DNA of 64,000 bases. Origin: Bacteroidota bacterium. Lineage in GTDB: Bacteria > Bacteroidota > Bacteroidia > UKL13-3. The notes under the pieces are model-generated. The model saw only the letters and a program-made list of their open reading frames with translations, did no database searches and was not told where the DNA came from. Position 1 is the first letter of the stretch; each line of letters begins with the position of its first letter. Location of the stretch: assembly GCA_947457395.1 (NCBI GenBank), contig CANGVA010000001.1, positions 195,687 to 259,686 of the forward strand, written 5' to 3'. Both the position numbers and the translations under genes were made by a program. Positions 48,410-58,354 of the stretch are shown here, one piece after another.

Positions 48410-48628
48410 GTGCAGGATTCTCAAAAAATAATTAAGCAGATTGGTAAGAATATAGCTGCCATTAGAAAAAGGAAAGGCTTTAAGCAGAACGACTTGGCTC
48501 AGATGTGCGAATTTGAAAAATCAAACATGGCGAGAATTGAAAATGGGAATACCAATCCAACTATAAAAACCTTAATTAAGATTGCTAGAGCTTTGGAAGT
48601 TGATTTGGGGGAAATAATTAAAGATTAG
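48410..48628 (+). CDS. Small XRE-family HTH regulator (controller-protein-like)
   Basis: IGKNIAAIRKRKGFKQNDLA..SNMARIENGNTNPTIKTLIKIARALEV; GTG start. Confidence 0.9.
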   Translation: MQDSQKIIKQIGKNIAAIRKRKGFKQNDLAQMCEFEKSNMARIENGNTNPTIKTLIKIARALEVDLGEIIKD

Positions 48629-48708
48629 ATTAAGGATTACAGATAAGTTTTAAAAAAATAAAAGCTAAAAGCAAGTCATAAGCTACCAATTAAATAATCA
48701 GCCAATCA

Positions 48709-50550
48709 TTACTCCACCGTTACAGACTTAGCTAAGTTACGAGGCTGATCCACATTGCAACCACGCATCACTGCAATATGGTATGATAACAATTGAAGTG
48801 GTATGGTAGCCAGGAGTGGCAACATGGCTTCTTCACATTGCGGGATATGGATGATATAATCGGCATGATCTTTTATGTGCTCATCGCCTTTGGTTGAAAT
48901 AGCAATTACCTTGCCTTTGCGTGCACGCACTTCCTGAATATTGCTGATCACTTTTTCGTAATTGCTGTGTTGCGTGGCAATAACCACCACCGGCATTTCT
49001 TCATCAATGAGCGCAATGGGTCCATGCTTCATTTCAGCGGCAGGATAACCTTCGGCATGTATGTACGAAATTTCCTTCAGCTTCAGAGCACCTTCCAGGG
49101 CAATGGGGAAGCCATAGCCACGACCAAGGTATAATGCATTGGTGGCATTTTTAAATTGTGCAGCAATGCCTTTGATATACTCGTTTGATTTAAGTGTTTC
49201 TTCAACCTTTGCCGGAATGGTTTCCAGTTCGGTTAATAACTCACGCAGGCGCTGGGTTGTAATGGTACCTTTCTTTTGAGCAATGGAGAGTGCAATTAGT
49301 ATGAGTGCGGTAACTTGTGCTGTAAAAGCTTTGGTTGATGCAACACCAATCTCCGGACCTGCATGAGTGTAGGCACCGGCATCTGTCATACGCGGAATGG
49401 AAGAACCAACTACATTACAAATACCAAATATGGTAGCACCTTTTTGTTTAGCCAGTTCTAGCGCTGCAAGTGTATCAGCAGTTTCACCTGATTGTGAAAT
49501 AGCAATAACAAAATCATGCTCATCAATAACCGGATTTCTGTAACGAAACTCTGATGCATATTCAACCTCAACCGGAATACGTGCAAAATCTTCAAACAAA
49601 TACTCACCAACCAGGCCTGCATGCCACGATGTGCCACAACCTACAATAATGATGCGCTTGATATTTTTTAGTTTGTCTTCAAACTTATCAATACCTGCCA
49701 TGGTTATCATACCTTCATTGGTATGTATACGGCCGCGGAAAGAATCTTGTATGGAACGAGGCTGTTCATAAATTTCTTTCATCATAAAGTGATCAAAGCC
49801 GCCTTTTTCAATACTCTCTAAATTAATTTCCAGCTCGTGTATGTATGGTGTTTTAATGGTGTTATCAATGGTTTTAACAGTGAAGTTTTTACCTTCCACA
49901 ATCACAATCTCACCATCATTTAAGTAAACTACATTGCGTGTGTATTCTACGATGGGTGTTGCATCAGAGGCAATAAAATATTCACCTTCACCAACACCTA
50001 CCACCATTGGGCTACCTTTACGTGCGCCAATTAAATAATTGGGATCTTTTTTAGATAAGATAACAATGGCGTAAGCACCTACTACTTGTGTAAGTGCCAT
50101 GCGTACGGCTTCTTCAAAACCTACTTTATTATTTTGGTATACCTCTTCTATTAAATGTATCAGTACTTCGGTATCTGTTTCGGATTTAAATTCATGCCCG
50201 CGCTCTTTCAATGCTTGTTTTAAAGAGGCGTAATTTTCAATAATTCCGTTATGTATAATGGCAAACTCACCATTCTGCGAAAGATGGGGATGGGCATTCA
50301 CATCATTGGGAGCTCCATGAGTGGCCCAACGTGTATGGCCCATGCCGGTGGATGCAAATTTGGCACTGCCATCAATGGCCTGTTCAAGATCGGCAACTTT
50401 GCCACTCTTTTTATAAATCTGTAGATTTTTTTCAGGGGTAAGCAGTGCTACACCGGCACTGTCATATCCTCTGTATTCAAGTCTTTTCAGACCTTTAATA
50501 ATAATAGGTAAGGCCTCTCTGTGGCCAAGGTAAGCTACGATTCCGCACAT
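48709..50550 (-). CDS. glmS: Glutamine--fructose-6-phosphate aminotransferase
   Basis: MCGIV, LEYRGYDSAG, GHTRWATHG, SQSGETADT, DQPRNLAKSVTVE. Confidence 0.99.
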   Translation of the reverse strand: MCGIVAYLGHREALPIIIKGLKRLEYRGYDSAGVALLTPEKNLQIYKKSGKVADLEQAIDGSAKFASTGMGHTRWATHGAPNDVNAHPHLSQNGEFAIIHNGIIENYASLKQALKERGHEFKSETDTEVLIHLIEEVYQNNKVGFEEAVRMALTQVVGAYAIVILSKKDPNYLIGARKGSPMVVGVGEGEYFIASDATPIVEYTRNVVYLNDGEIVIVEGKNFTVKTIDNTIKTPYIHELEINLESIEKGGFDHFMMKEIYEQPRSIQDSFRGRIHTNEGMITMAGIDKFEDKLKNIKRIIIVGCGTSWHAGLVGEYLFEDFARIPVEVEYASEFRYRNPVIDEHDFVIAISQSGETADTLAALELAKQKGATIFGICNVVGSSIPRMTDAGAYTHAGPEIGVASTKAFTAQVTALILIALSIAQKKGTITTQRLRELLTELETIPAKVEETLKSNEYIKGIAAQFKNATNALYLGRGYGFPIALEGALKLKEISYIHAEGYPAAEMKHGPIALIDEEMPVVVIATQHSNYEKVISNIQEVRARKGKVIAISTKGDEHIKDHADYIIHIPQCEEAMLPLLATIPLQLLSYHIAVMRGCNVDQPRNLAKSVTVE

Positions 50551-50565
50551 ATTACTTCAAAAATA

Positions 50566-51597
50566 CTAGAAAGATTGTAGTTTCAAAATGGATTCCGGAC
50601 CTGTTGAAAAGGTCTTCAGACATTCTTTGATAGTTTCAACCTTCGTTGAAATGCTTTTAAAGTTGTCAAATGAAACAGCCTGATATGAATCAGAAAGGGC
50701 TTTGGAAGGATTAGGATGCACTTCAATTAGCAAACCGTTGGCGCCTGCAGCAACTGCAGCGAGTGACAATGCTTCAACACGGGAGGCTTGCCCTGTGCCA
50801 TGGCTTGGGTCCGCAATTACAGGTAAATGGCTTAGCTCCTTGAGTAATGGAATCACGCCCACATCCATTACGTTACGTGTGGCATTATCAAAACTTCTGA
50901 TGCCTCTTTCACACAATATAACCTTTTCGTTTCCTCCACTCAAAATATATTCTGCAGCCAGCAACCATTCATTTACCCGTGCATGCATGCCACGTTTAAG
51001 TAGGATGGGTTTGTCTACTTTTCCTAAAGCATCAAGTAAAGAAAAGTTATGCATGTTACGGCTTCCTACTTGTAAGATATCGGCATATTCATAAACCTCC
51101 TCAAGTAAGGAGATATCCATGATTTCTGTTACTACCCGCAAATCATATTTATCAGCAGCTTTTCTGATTATTCTTAATCCATCAAGCCCTAGCCCCCTGA
51201 ATGAGTATGGTGAGGTACGGGGTTTGTAAGCACCTCCTCTGATAAATTTAACACCAAGCGATGAAAGGAAAGCCGCTGTTTCTTCTATTTGCGATTCAGT
51301 TTCGATAGCGCAGGGACCGGCCATCATCTGAAACGCATCATTACCAATTGTTGCCCCCTTTACATCAAATGAAGTTTGTTTTTTAAATTGAACCGATGCA
51401 AGCTGATAGGGAGTATCAGTTTCGGTAATGCGTTCTATACAGGATTCATTTTTAAGAAAAGCGGAGTCGTTTAGTTTAGGTAGCACAATCAGGTTTTTGG
51501 CTGCAATCCACTTAAATGAGGTGTGCAGAGATTCCAGTTTTTTCAGGAGTTCCTGTTTTTCGGTTTCTGTGCTTGTATGTTTTAATTCAATTATCAC
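50566..51597 (-). CDS. aroF: DAHP synthase, class I-beta with N-terminal regulatory extension
   Basis: MAGPCAIE, RGGAYKPRTSPYSF.GLG, QVGSRNM, LLKRG, LCERGIR, DPSHGTG, EVHPNP..ALSD. Confidence 0.93.
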   Translation of the reverse strand: MIIELKHTSTETEKQELLKKLESLHTSFKWIAAKNLIVLPKLNDSAFLKNESCIERITETDTPYQLASVQFKKQTSFDVKGATIGNDAFQMMAGPCAIETESQIEETAAFLSSLGVKFIRGGAYKPRTSPYSFRGLGLDGLRIIRKAADKYDLRVVTEIMDISLLEEVYEYADILQVGSRNMHNFSLLDALGKVDKPILLKRGMHARVNEWLLAAEYILSGGNEKVILCERGIRSFDNATRNVMDVGVIPLLKELSHLPVIADPSHGTGQASRVEALSLAAVAAGANGLLIEVHPNPSKALSDSYQAVSFDNFKSISTKVETIKECLKTFSTGPESILKLQSF

Positions 51598-51599
51598 GC

Positions 51600-52955
51600 T
51601 TATTTTATAACAGTATAAGTCAATTTAAGTTTCACTCTACGATTGGTTTGGTCTGCATCCAAAATGGCGCGCGCTGCTGTAAGTGGATTATCTGCCGGCA
51701 CAATGAGATTCAGCCCATAATTTACATTGCGATTACCTTGTTTGTATTCGGATAATACATATTGCAAATGTCTTATAATATTAAATTTATATTCACCTGT
51801 TGTCTCATTGTATTGGCCTCCATAGTAAGAGGCACCCAGTGTTTGATCAAGTAAAAAGTCGTTTCTACCCAACGAATCGCATGAAAGCAGCCTAAGTTCA
51901 GCCGGTCTGGTAAATGGTGCCGTTGAAGAGCCTGATTTTAACGTAAAAATAATTTCAGCACTGCTGATGGCGATATTCTGATTCTTTACATAATCAAATA
52001 AATGAGGTATCACTATTCTCGTTTTAATGCCACCTGCAGGTTGGCAATAGGTAATGTTTTGGTGGGTGCCATTCATCACGGGTAACAAATTGATTCCCGG
52101 TTTGTGAACATGCTCATATTTATTGGCTTTTACATCAGCCCTGAAGGCAAAATCAACCTTGGTACTGTTATGGTATACTACCAAAGCAGAAAGGCCACTT
52201 CGGGGATCAACCGTAATTAAAGCACCTTCACCCGCGGCCATAAAAGGGTTATCAGGCATCAGTATAAATCCTTTAAATGCCTTTTGAAAAGATGCATTAT
52301 TTATAAATTGTGAGGCTGCTTCAGCACCATTTAGCTTGTTTATAAAATTACTGTCTGTAATAGTGATGCGAATATGACCAGGCAATCTGCTGTTGGCAGT
52401 TCTAATGCTATCTGTCAAAGATTGGGTGTTGCCCTCCCAATATCCAAGGGGTTTATTTTTATCAAATGCATAGTTTCTGTTTGAAAAATAAGTTGAATCA
52501 ATACTCAGGTCCTCATTAAGTTCATACAGAACCAATCTCTGAACGGTTTCTTTATTGCCATAAAAATATGTGGGAGAGTTGATAATAGCTAACTGCAAAA
52601 CAGCTGAATCTACTTTGATACCCGCGCCAAATGAGAATTGATTTTTAGGAAGGGTAAATTGGCCAATATAGGAAGCACGCGTAAGCCCTAGTTCAGGGTC
52701 GTGCATTTCACCTGCAAAAAAATAGCTGAGTGCATTTCTTGATCTGTAGGTAGCTACAGAATCATGACGCGTACTGTAGGTGATTAGCGTTGTTGTATCA
52801 ATGCCATCAGCTAAATCGAGTGGATTTCTTTTAGCCAGAAAATCTGCACCAACAGTATCTTCATGTTTGCGGCAGGAAAAGAGTAGAGCAAAAACAATAA
52901 GAAGCGGTAGGAGGTGGCTTAAGGTTTTAGTTCTGGCTTTTGAGCAAGTTGTCAT
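51600..52955 (-). CDS. DUF4270 family lipoprotein
   Basis: Lipobox LLFSCRK, DPELG, DSAVLQL, FKGF, C-terminal KLKLTYT; typical position after the GT5-like gene. Confidence 0.8.
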   Translation of the reverse strand: MTTCSKARTKTLSHLLPLLIVFALLFSCRKHEDTVGADFLAKRNPLDLADGIDTTTLITYSTRHDSVATYRSRNALSYFFAGEMHDPELGLTRASYIGQFTLPKNQFSFGAGIKVDSAVLQLAIINSPTYFYGNKETVQRLVLYELNEDLSIDSTYFSNRNYAFDKNKPLGYWEGNTQSLTDSIRTANSRLPGHIRITITDSNFINKLNGAEAASQFINNASFQKAFKGFILMPDNPFMAAGEGALITVDPRSGLSALVVYHNSTKVDFAFRADVKANKYEHVHKPGINLLPVMNGTHQNITYCQPAGGIKTRIVIPHLFDYVKNQNIAISSAEIIFTLKSGSSTAPFTRPAELRLLSCDSLGRNDFLLDQTLGASYYGGQYNETTGEYKFNIIRHLQYVLSEYKQGNRNVNYGLNLIVPADNPLTAARAILDADQTNRRVKLKLTYTVIK

Positions 52956-53751
52956 ATAATTTTATATACGCATCAACGTAACCTTCTTCGTTCTTGTGCT
53001 CAATAACTATTTTTCCTTTTTGCTTTTTCATAAAGCTTGCCACTTCCGGATCTATATCAGGGCTGCAACTTACCACAGCATCAGCATGGGTAATACCTGA
53101 TTTGTAAAGATCGGTGCATGAGGCTTCACTAAGTGTGCTCATTTGCTTATTGTCAATGGAATTTAAACTTGCTTTGCGGGCAAAATCTTTACCGAAAGAA
53201 ATATCAAACTGGTTTTCGAAAACAGAAAAGACCACTTTGGCATTTCTAAAAACCGGTTCATCCTTATAGATGGTTTTCAAGTATAGAGGAATAAGACTGG
53301 TCATCCAACCTTGGCAATGGATGATATCCGGCTGCCAACCTAATTTTTTAACGGTTTCTAAAGCGCCTTTGCAAAAGAAAATGGTTCTTTCGTCATTGTC
53401 TCCGAAAAACTCATTATTCTCGTCTGTATAAACGTGTTTGCGGTGGAAATAATCCTCGTTATCAAGGAAATATACCTGCATTTTAGCTTCAGGTAATGAA
53501 GCAACTTTAATAGTTAAAGGATTATCATTATCATCAATGGTGATATTAATACCCGAAAGCCTAACTACCTCATGCAACCTGTTTCTTCTTTCATTGATAC
53601 AACCGAAACGAGGCATTAATACCCTGATTTCGTTGTCTTTTTCCTGAATGGCTTGTGGTAATCTTCTTGCTAACTCTCCTACTGTACTCACCTGTAGATA
53701 AGGTGTCATTTCCGATGATATGAACAAAACGCGTTTCTTTGTCATGGCCAT
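52927..53751 (-). CDS. Glycogen/starch synthase N-terminal-domain-only protein (GT5-like)
   Basis: SEMTPYL, MPRFG.INERRNRLHEVVRLSG, DNDERTIFF, PDIIHCQGW; only 274 aa. Confidence 0.88.
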   Translation of the reverse strand: MAMTKKRVLFISSEMTPYLQVSTVGELARRLPQAIQEKDNEIRVLMPRFGCINERRNRLHEVVRLSGINITIDDNDNPLTIKVASLPEAKMQVYFLDNEDYFHRKHVYTDENNEFFGDNDERTIFFCKGALETVKKLGWQPDIIHCQGWMTSLIPLYLKTIYKDEPVFRNAKVVFSVFENQFDISFGKDFARKASLNSIDNKQMSTLSEASCTDLYKSGITHADAVVSCSPDIDPEVASFMKKQKGKIVIEHKNEEGYVDAYIKLYDNLLKSQN

Positions 53752-53770
53752 TGTGCTTAAAAAAAGTATG

Positions 53771-53778
53771 CAAAGTTA
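53771..53778 (-). promoter_or_regulatory. -7 box TAACTTTG for the GT5-like-DUF4270-aroF-glmS unit
   Basis: Exact TAnnTTTG, 19 nt before ATG 53751. Confidence 0.65.
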
Positions 53779-53876
53779 CGCTTAATGATAAAAAAATCCT
53801 TAATATTCGCCCGTTTTCTTCTTATTTATTAGATAAGTTACAGAAAATTAACATGCTATAATTAAAATACGAAGTC

Positions 53877-54713
53877 TTGTACCTTACAAAAACAATAACA
53901 GACCTGCAGCAGCACCTGCAGGTTGCTGTAAAAAAAGGCGCTAATATAGGTTTTGTTCCAACCATGGGTGCCCTTCATCAGGGCCATATCTCCTTAATTA
54001 AAAGAGCATTATCAGAAAATGAATATGTTGTTTGCAGCATTTTTGTTAATCCTACACAGTTTAATCAGGCAACCGATCTGGAAACTTACCCCAAAACACC
54101 CGCGGCAGATGTAATGTTGCTTGCTGCGTCCGGTAATCATGTTTTGTTTCATCCCGATGTATCGGACATATATCCCAACGGGATGCAGGTAAAGCCCAGA
54201 AACTTAGGACCTGTATCAACCATTTTTGAAGGGGCATTTCGTCCGGGTCATTTTGATGGTGTAGCTGAGGTAGTGAGCCGTTTATTTAATGCTGTTAAGC
54301 CAACAAAGGCATATTTTGGCCTTAAGGATTACCAGCAGTGTATGATTATTAAAGCGTTGGTAGAACTCGAGAATATACCAATTTCATTGGTGTTTTGCCC
54401 AACACAGCGTGAAAATGATGGCTTGGCAATGAGCTCACGCAACAGGCGATTAAGTGCTGAGCAAAGAAAAACTGCGGCAATTATTCCGCAAACCTTGGCA
54501 TTTATAAGAGCCAATTATAGTTATTATAAGAAAGATGAATTATTGCTGGCAGGCAGGGAAATGTTGCTTGGCCAATTGCAAACAGAATATCTCGATATTG
54601 TGCATGCGCATACATTGCAGCCACTTGATTCAGCTTCAGACCCTGCAGTGGCCTTATTTGCAGGCAGGTGTGGAGAAGTAAGGCTTATTGACAATATGCT
54701 GTTAACAGAATAA
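53877..54713 (+). CDS. panC: Pantoate--beta-alanine ligase
   Basis: GFVPTMGALHQGH, SIFVNPTQF, RPGHFDGV, FGLKDYQQ, GLAMSSRN, RLIDN. Confidence 0.98.
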   Translation: MYLTKTITDLQQHLQVAVKKGANIGFVPTMGALHQGHISLIKRALSENEYVVCSIFVNPTQFNQATDLETYPKTPAADVMLLAASGNHVLFHPDVSDIYPNGMQVKPRNLGPVSTIFEGAFRPGHFDGVAEVVSRLFNAVKPTKAYFGLKDYQQCMIIKALVELENIPISLVFCPTQRENDGLAMSSRNRRLSAEQRKTAAIIPQTLAFIRANYSYYKKDELLLAGREMLLGQLQTEYLDIVHAHTLQPLDSASDPAVALFAGRCGEVRLIDNMLLTE

Positions 54714-54739
54714 TATTTTTATTTGTTTAATTTGAAAGC

Positions 54740-56110
54740 ATGCGCCCGGCCGACCAATTTTTAAATGATACCATTAATGCCTCTGCAAACAAGGAGCAGC
54801 GTAATGTTGTGGTTGTGCATCAGCAGCGTTATCACGAAGCGCTTGGTAAAGCAAGAAGCCAGTATAAAAATGAAGTGCTTGCGAAAGATAGAGCAGCATA
54901 TTTGAAATGGAAAGTTACCGAAAACCTTGATAAGTATCTGATTGATTTTGAAGCCACGCTAATTCGCAGAGGTGGCCGTGTGGTTTGGGCCCATGATGCG
55001 GAAACAGCCAGAAAGGAAATAGTACAGCTTATAACAAAAACAGGAGCGCAGCAGGTGTTTAAGAGTAAATCAATGTTGAGTGAAGAAATAGCACTTAACT
55101 CTTTTTTACGTTCTTCAAGCCTGGAAGTTATTGAAACCGATGTAGGTGAATACATTATTGATGTGGCAGCGGAAGCACCTTTTCACATGGTAAATCCTGC
55201 CATGCATAAAAGTGAAAAGGAAATTGCAGCACTACTCAATAGCAAAATTGGCACATCAATGGATGCCGATGCCGATACCATCACTGCTGATGTTAGAGAT
55301 GCTATGCGGGCTTATTTCAATAAAGCATCTTTGGATGTTTGTATTACCGGAGCCAATTTTCTGATAGCAGACAGCGGTATGGTTGCCATTACCGAAAACG
55401 AGGGGAATATCCGTATGATAACGGCACTAGCTAAAACACATATTGTTATTGCCGGAATTGATAAAATTATCCCTTCTATCAATGATATTGATACGTTTTT
55501 TCCTTTATTGGCAACATACGGAACGGGTCAGAAACTCACGGTTTATAATAGTGTTATAGGTCCTAAAACTGCTGATGATCATGATGCAGCAACAGAATTT
55601 ATTGTGGTGCTGATTGATAACGGAAGAACCAACTTACTTGCACAGCCTGATCAGCGGCAAGCCCTCTCATGCATTAAATGTGGTGCCTGTGCAAACGTTT
55701 GTCCGGTTTTTACTTTTATTGGAGGCCATAGCTATGGAGTAACCAGCAGTGGCCCAATTGGTGCCGTTACCCAACCTCATGAGAAAGGGTTTGATGAATT
55801 TAAACATCTTAGTTATGCATCCTCATTATGTGGTAATTGCACGCAGATTTGCCCCATGAAGATTGATTTGCATAACCATTTACTTAGGAACAGACGCGAT
55901 AGCGTGCAGCAGGGCCATGCCAAAAGCGCAGAAAAGCTTATGTGGTACAGTTGGAAAAAAATGATGCTGAGCAGAAAGAATATGAATAAAGGTGCCAGCA
56001 TTAAAAATTTTATGCTCAAGTCTTTTTTCAAAACCTCCTGGGGTGAAAACCGAGAATTCCCTAAAGTGGCCGAAAAATCTTTTAATCAAATTTGGAGGGA
56101 AGGCAGATAG
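54740..56110 (+). CDS. lutB: Lactate utilization protein B (LUD domain + 2x4Fe-4S)
   Basis: KSKSM, ETDVGE, H...PAMH, ITGANF, NEGN, CIKCGACANVCP, SSLCGNCTQICP. Confidence 0.88.
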   Translation: MRPADQFLNDTINASANKEQRNVVVVHQQRYHEALGKARSQYKNEVLAKDRAAYLKWKVTENLDKYLIDFEATLIRRGGRVVWAHDAETARKEIVQLITKTGAQQVFKSKSMLSEEIALNSFLRSSSLEVIETDVGEYIIDVAAEAPFHMVNPAMHKSEKEIAALLNSKIGTSMDADADTITADVRDAMRAYFNKASLDVCITGANFLIADSGMVAITENEGNIRMITALAKTHIVIAGIDKIIPSINDIDTFFPLLATYGTGQKLTVYNSVIGPKTADDHDAATEFIVVLIDNGRTNLLAQPDQRQALSCIKCGACANVCPVFTFIGGHSYGVTSSGPIGAVTQPHEKGFDEFKHLSYASSLCGNCTQICPMKIDLHNHLLRNRRDSVQQGHAKSAEKLMWYSWKKMMLSRKNMNKGASIKNFMLKSFFKTSWGENREFPKVAEKSFNQIWREGR

Positions 56111-56155
56111 GCTGCCGCAATCTGCTTGCCAATATAACCTTACTATTTCTGCCTG

Positions 56156-56659
56156 TTATTGTAAAAACACATTTACTTTTTTCTTGTCAATGGTAACAGC
56201 AATATGCTCCTGTAAAGTGGTGGAAAGGCTAATGCCAATAAAATCTGCTGCTACAGGAAATGTTTTATGGTTACGGTCAACCAGAATGGCAGTTTGTATG
56301 GAGGCTACGCCTGATTTTAAAAAAGGTAGTAGCGCATAAATAAGCGTACGACCTGTATTCAGCACGTCATCAACGATGACGGCAGACATGCCGGATTTTT
56401 TTAGTTCAGCAGATAGTTGGGTGCTGCTTTCAGATGGGTTATCCTTATTAACCGTTACAGTTATTGCGGTGATCTTAATTCCGGAAATAGCCGCAAGTTC
56501 TTCTGCCAAAAGGGATGCAATGGTTTCGCCCCGCCCGCAAATACCAGCAATGCATAATTCCTTTGCATTAAAATTTCTTTCATAAATCTGATAAGCCATG
56601 CGTTTCACAATTTGCTTTACTTGCTCATGCATAAGTATTTGGGTACGTGCAGCAGACAT
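56156..56659 (-). CDS. PyrR-like phosphoribosyltransferase
   Basis: [24 protein letters not shown] loop, LVDRNH..FPVAADF.G; ATG 56659 preferred because it lies after the -7 box. Confidence 0.85.
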   Translation of the reverse strand: MSAARTQILMHEQVKQIVKRMAYQIYERNFNAKELCIAGICGRGETIASLLAEELAAISGIKITAITVTVNKDNPSESSTQLSAELKKSGMSAVIVDDVLNTGRTLIYALLPFLKSGVASIQTAILVDRNHKTFPVAADFIGISLSTTLQEHIAVTIDKKKVNVFLQ

Positions 56660-56673
56660 AGTGGTTTTTTCTT

Positions 56674-56681
56674 CAAAAGTA
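56674..56681 (-). promoter_or_regulatory. -7 box TACTTTTG upstream of PyrR-like gene
   Basis: Exact TAnnTTTG. Confidence 0.6.
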
Positions 56682-56748
56682 GGTTTTCTGCTTCGGTTGC
56701 CCAATATTTACAGCCCGGTTCACAAACATTTTATTTTTAGTGAATTAT

Positions 56749-56778
56749 TTTGTGCGAAATCAAAAATTCCTATATTTG
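56749..56778 (+). promoter_or_regulatory. -33 (TTTG) / -7 (TATATTTG) promoter of rpmE2
   Basis: TTTG at 56749-56752 and TATATTTG at 56771-56778, 18-nt spacer. Confidence 0.7.
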
Positions 56779-56798
56779 CCCTCCCAAATTTTTTACAA

Positions 56799-57050
56799 AT
56801 GAAACCAGAAATACATCCTAAAAACTATAGATTGGTAGTGTTCAAAGACATGTCTAATAACTATTCTTTCCTCTGCCGCTCTACCGTAGATACCAGAGAA
56901 ACAGTAAAATGGGAAGACGGAAATGAATATCCTTTGTTTAAGTTGGAGATTTCACACAAATCTCATCCATTCTTTACCGGCCAAAACATGTTAATTGACA
57001 CAGCAGGACGTATTGATAAATTCAACAAACGATACGCTAAAAAGAAGTAA
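56799..57050 (+). CDS. rpmE2: 50S ribosomal protein L31 type B (zinc-free)
   Basis: [33 protein letters not shown]; no CxC/CxxC. Confidence 0.96.
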   Translation: MKPEIHPKNYRLVVFKDMSNNYSFLCRSTVDTRETVKWEDGNEYPLFKLEISHKSHPFFTGQNMLIDTAGRIDKFNKRYAKKK

Positions 57051-57066
57051 TTCTAAATTTTATAGG

Positions 57067-57096
57067 AAAAAGCCCTCCGTTTGGGGGGCTTTTTTT
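57067..57096 (+). terminator. Intrinsic terminator after rpmE2
   Basis: aaaaagccctcc-gttt-ggggggc followed by a T run. Confidence 0.85.
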
Positions 57097-57109
57097 ATAA
57101 TATCGCATC

Positions 57110-58312
57110 ATGAACACTATTCTGTTTGATGGTTACAGCAGAACTGATTTACTGCCTTTTACTTTTACAAGGCCAGTTGCAGCTATTCGTTTTGGTATAC
57201 TCACCATTGCCGAAAAGTGGCAAAAGCAATTAAATTCAGCTGTTTCTTATTTAACGCAGGATTATCTGCAACCCAAATTTCCGCTGTTAACCCAAGCGGA
57301 TAATTTGCTTATAAACGGATCGGTTTGCCCGGATGAAATACTTTTAAGTGAAATTAACATGCTTAAGCCGGGAGAGGCATTATATGCCGGAAACCTGCTG
57401 ATAGCAGCCTATGTAAAAGCAGCAGATGTGCCGGATTTTGATGAAACTGCTTTTCAGGCAACCAAAGTTATCAGCAAGCAGGAAAACCCATTACGCATTG
57501 CATTTGTATATGATATTTTTTCGAAAAATGATAAAGCTATAGCGGCCGACTTTGAGTTGTTAACCAAGGGCCGCAAATCTCAACCAATAGCTTCAACCAA
57601 TCAGGTTGTTAATCCGGAGCGTATTTTTATTGAGCCCGGAGCAAAGGTTGAGTTTAGCATACTCAATGCATCAGCAGGGCCCATATATGTAGGCCATGAT
57701 GCTGAAATAATGGAAGGGTGTAAAGTAAGAGGTCCTTTTGCTTTATGTGATCATGGCGGTTTAAAAATGGATGCCAAAATTTACGGACCTACTACTGTTG
57801 GTCCGCATTGCAAAGTTGGTGGCGAAGTAAACAACGTGGTGTTTTTTGCTTACTCCAACAAAGGGCATGATGGATTTTTGGGAAACGCAGTAATTGGTGA
57901 ATGGTGCAACTTGGGTGCTGATACCAACTGCTCCAACCTGAAAAATACCTATGATGAAGTGAAATTATGGAGCTACCGCACTCAACGTTTTGATAAAACA
58001 GGACTAACCTTTTGCGGTTTAATGATGGCAGATCATGCCAAGTGTGGAATTAACACCATGTTTAATACCGGAACAGTTGTTGGGGTAGGCGCCAATATTT
58101 TTGGTGCAGGTTTTCCTCGAAATTTTATCCCTTCATTTGCATGGGGTGGGGCGCAGGGGTTTGAAACATTTGATCTAAATAAATTTTATAAGATGGCAGC
58201 AGCCATGTGTTCAAGACGAAATGTGAATTTTGATGAAACGGATAAAACTATGCTGGCTCATGTTTTTCAACTAACAGCAGGATTCAGATTCTGGGAGAAC
58301 AAACCTGCATAA
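57110..58312 (+). CDS. GlmU-like protein (Bacteroidota alternative GlmU family, left-handed beta-helix)
   Basis: LLPFTFTRPV..IRFGILTI.EKW, GPIYVG, KVGGEV, NKGHDGFLG, NLGADTN.SNLKN. Confidence 0.88.
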   Translation: MNTILFDGYSRTDLLPFTFTRPVAAIRFGILTIAEKWQKQLNSAVSYLTQDYLQPKFPLLTQADNLLINGSVCPDEILLSEINMLKPGEALYAGNLLIAAYVKAADVPDFDETAFQATKVISKQENPLRIAFVYDIFSKNDKAIAADFELLTKGRKSQPIASTNQVVNPERIFIEPGAKVEFSILNASAGPIYVGHDAEIMEGCKVRGPFALCDHGGLKMDAKIYGPTTVGPHCKVGGEVNNVVFFAYSNKGHDGFLGNAVIGEWCNLGADTNCSNLKNTYDEVKLWSYRTQRFDKTGLTFCGLMMADHAKCGINTMFNTGTVVGVGANIFGAGFPRNFIPSFAWGGAQGFETFDLNKFYKMAAAMCSRRNVNFDETDKTMLAHVFQLTAGFRFWENKPA

Positions 58313-58354
58313 CTTGAAAAAATTAAGCATTCGTAAAAGAAAATTTATAAAACC

